A stretch of DNA of 63,981 nucleotides, counting the filler, from Choristocarpus tenellus KU-1152 (taxonomy: Eukaryota > Protista > Phaeophyceae): NCBI GenBank assembly GCA_964200185.2. It is 15 parts of 15 records of this genome, joined end to end, with 100 filler letters (N's around TTAATTAATTAA, not from the genome) between each part and the next. Parts side by side here need not be neighbours in the genome. Positions count along the whole stretch, not along the records: positions 61,118 to 63,981 come from CAXNAD020024117.1; 14 more parts are not named here. The stretch is one strand, 5' to 3'. Every line of letters begins with the position of its first letter. The stretch's first letter is position 1. Both the position numbers and the translations under genes were made by a program. Shown piece by piece: positions 63,691-63,981 of the stretch. Below the pieces are notes generated by a model. The model was not told the origin of the DNA and did no database searches. It saw only the letters and a list, made by a program, of their open reading frames with translations.

Positions 63691-63981
63691 TTTATTGTTC
63701 TAAGTCAAGGTTAGCACTTCATCCATAGATAGGTGAATCACAAAAGATTGGAAAACTGAGTTAAAATGTAATACGGGAAAGCCTGGGTACCTCTTGTTAA
63801 CTTTTACTCAGTACGTAGACCAACAGAAACGCTTGTCCTCACGACTACTTCTTCTGTTGTAGTTATTATGTCGCATTGATTCGTCAATATGATAATTTTA
63901 CCAGCCAATAACAGCCGATTTCAAAAATTGAGGATGGAGCTTTTCATTGAGGATGGGCTTGATCCAAAATTGACTGGGATA

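Overview
This is not one continuous locus. It is 15 short eukaryotic contigs (about 3-6.7 kb each) joined by 14 identical artificial spacers (N44-TTAATTAATTAA-N44), so nothing can be inferred across a spacer. The DNA is intron-rich and repeat-rich with TTAGGG telomeric motifs. A stramenopile, possibly a brown alga, is my inference and is not proven. Host gene fragments, each read as spliced exons: V-ATPase subunit C, a RING E3 with a C-terminal transmembrane helix, a multi-pass membrane protein, a PWWP protein, an EF-hand protein, a CBS-domain protein and NAA15. Mobile DNA: two decayed DD39D plant-type mariners, a decayed DD82E-like ITm transposase, a CENP-B/pogo remnant, three CRE-like RLE non-LTR fragments, two copies of one LTR, two long-TIR elements and a very abundant MITE group sharing the terminus GRSTCAAAGTATCT. 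There are also two pseudo-tRNAs. Two observations stand out. (1) A spliced gene at 16745-19579 encodes what looks like a catalytically degenerate, bacterial-type beta-class N6/N4 DNA methyltransferase fold downstream of a PHD-like finger. (2) Short interstitial TTAGGG tracts are unusually dense, and three of them are copy-specific insertions at telomere-like seeds inside MITE copies. All protein assignments come from motifs recognised by eye, with no database search.
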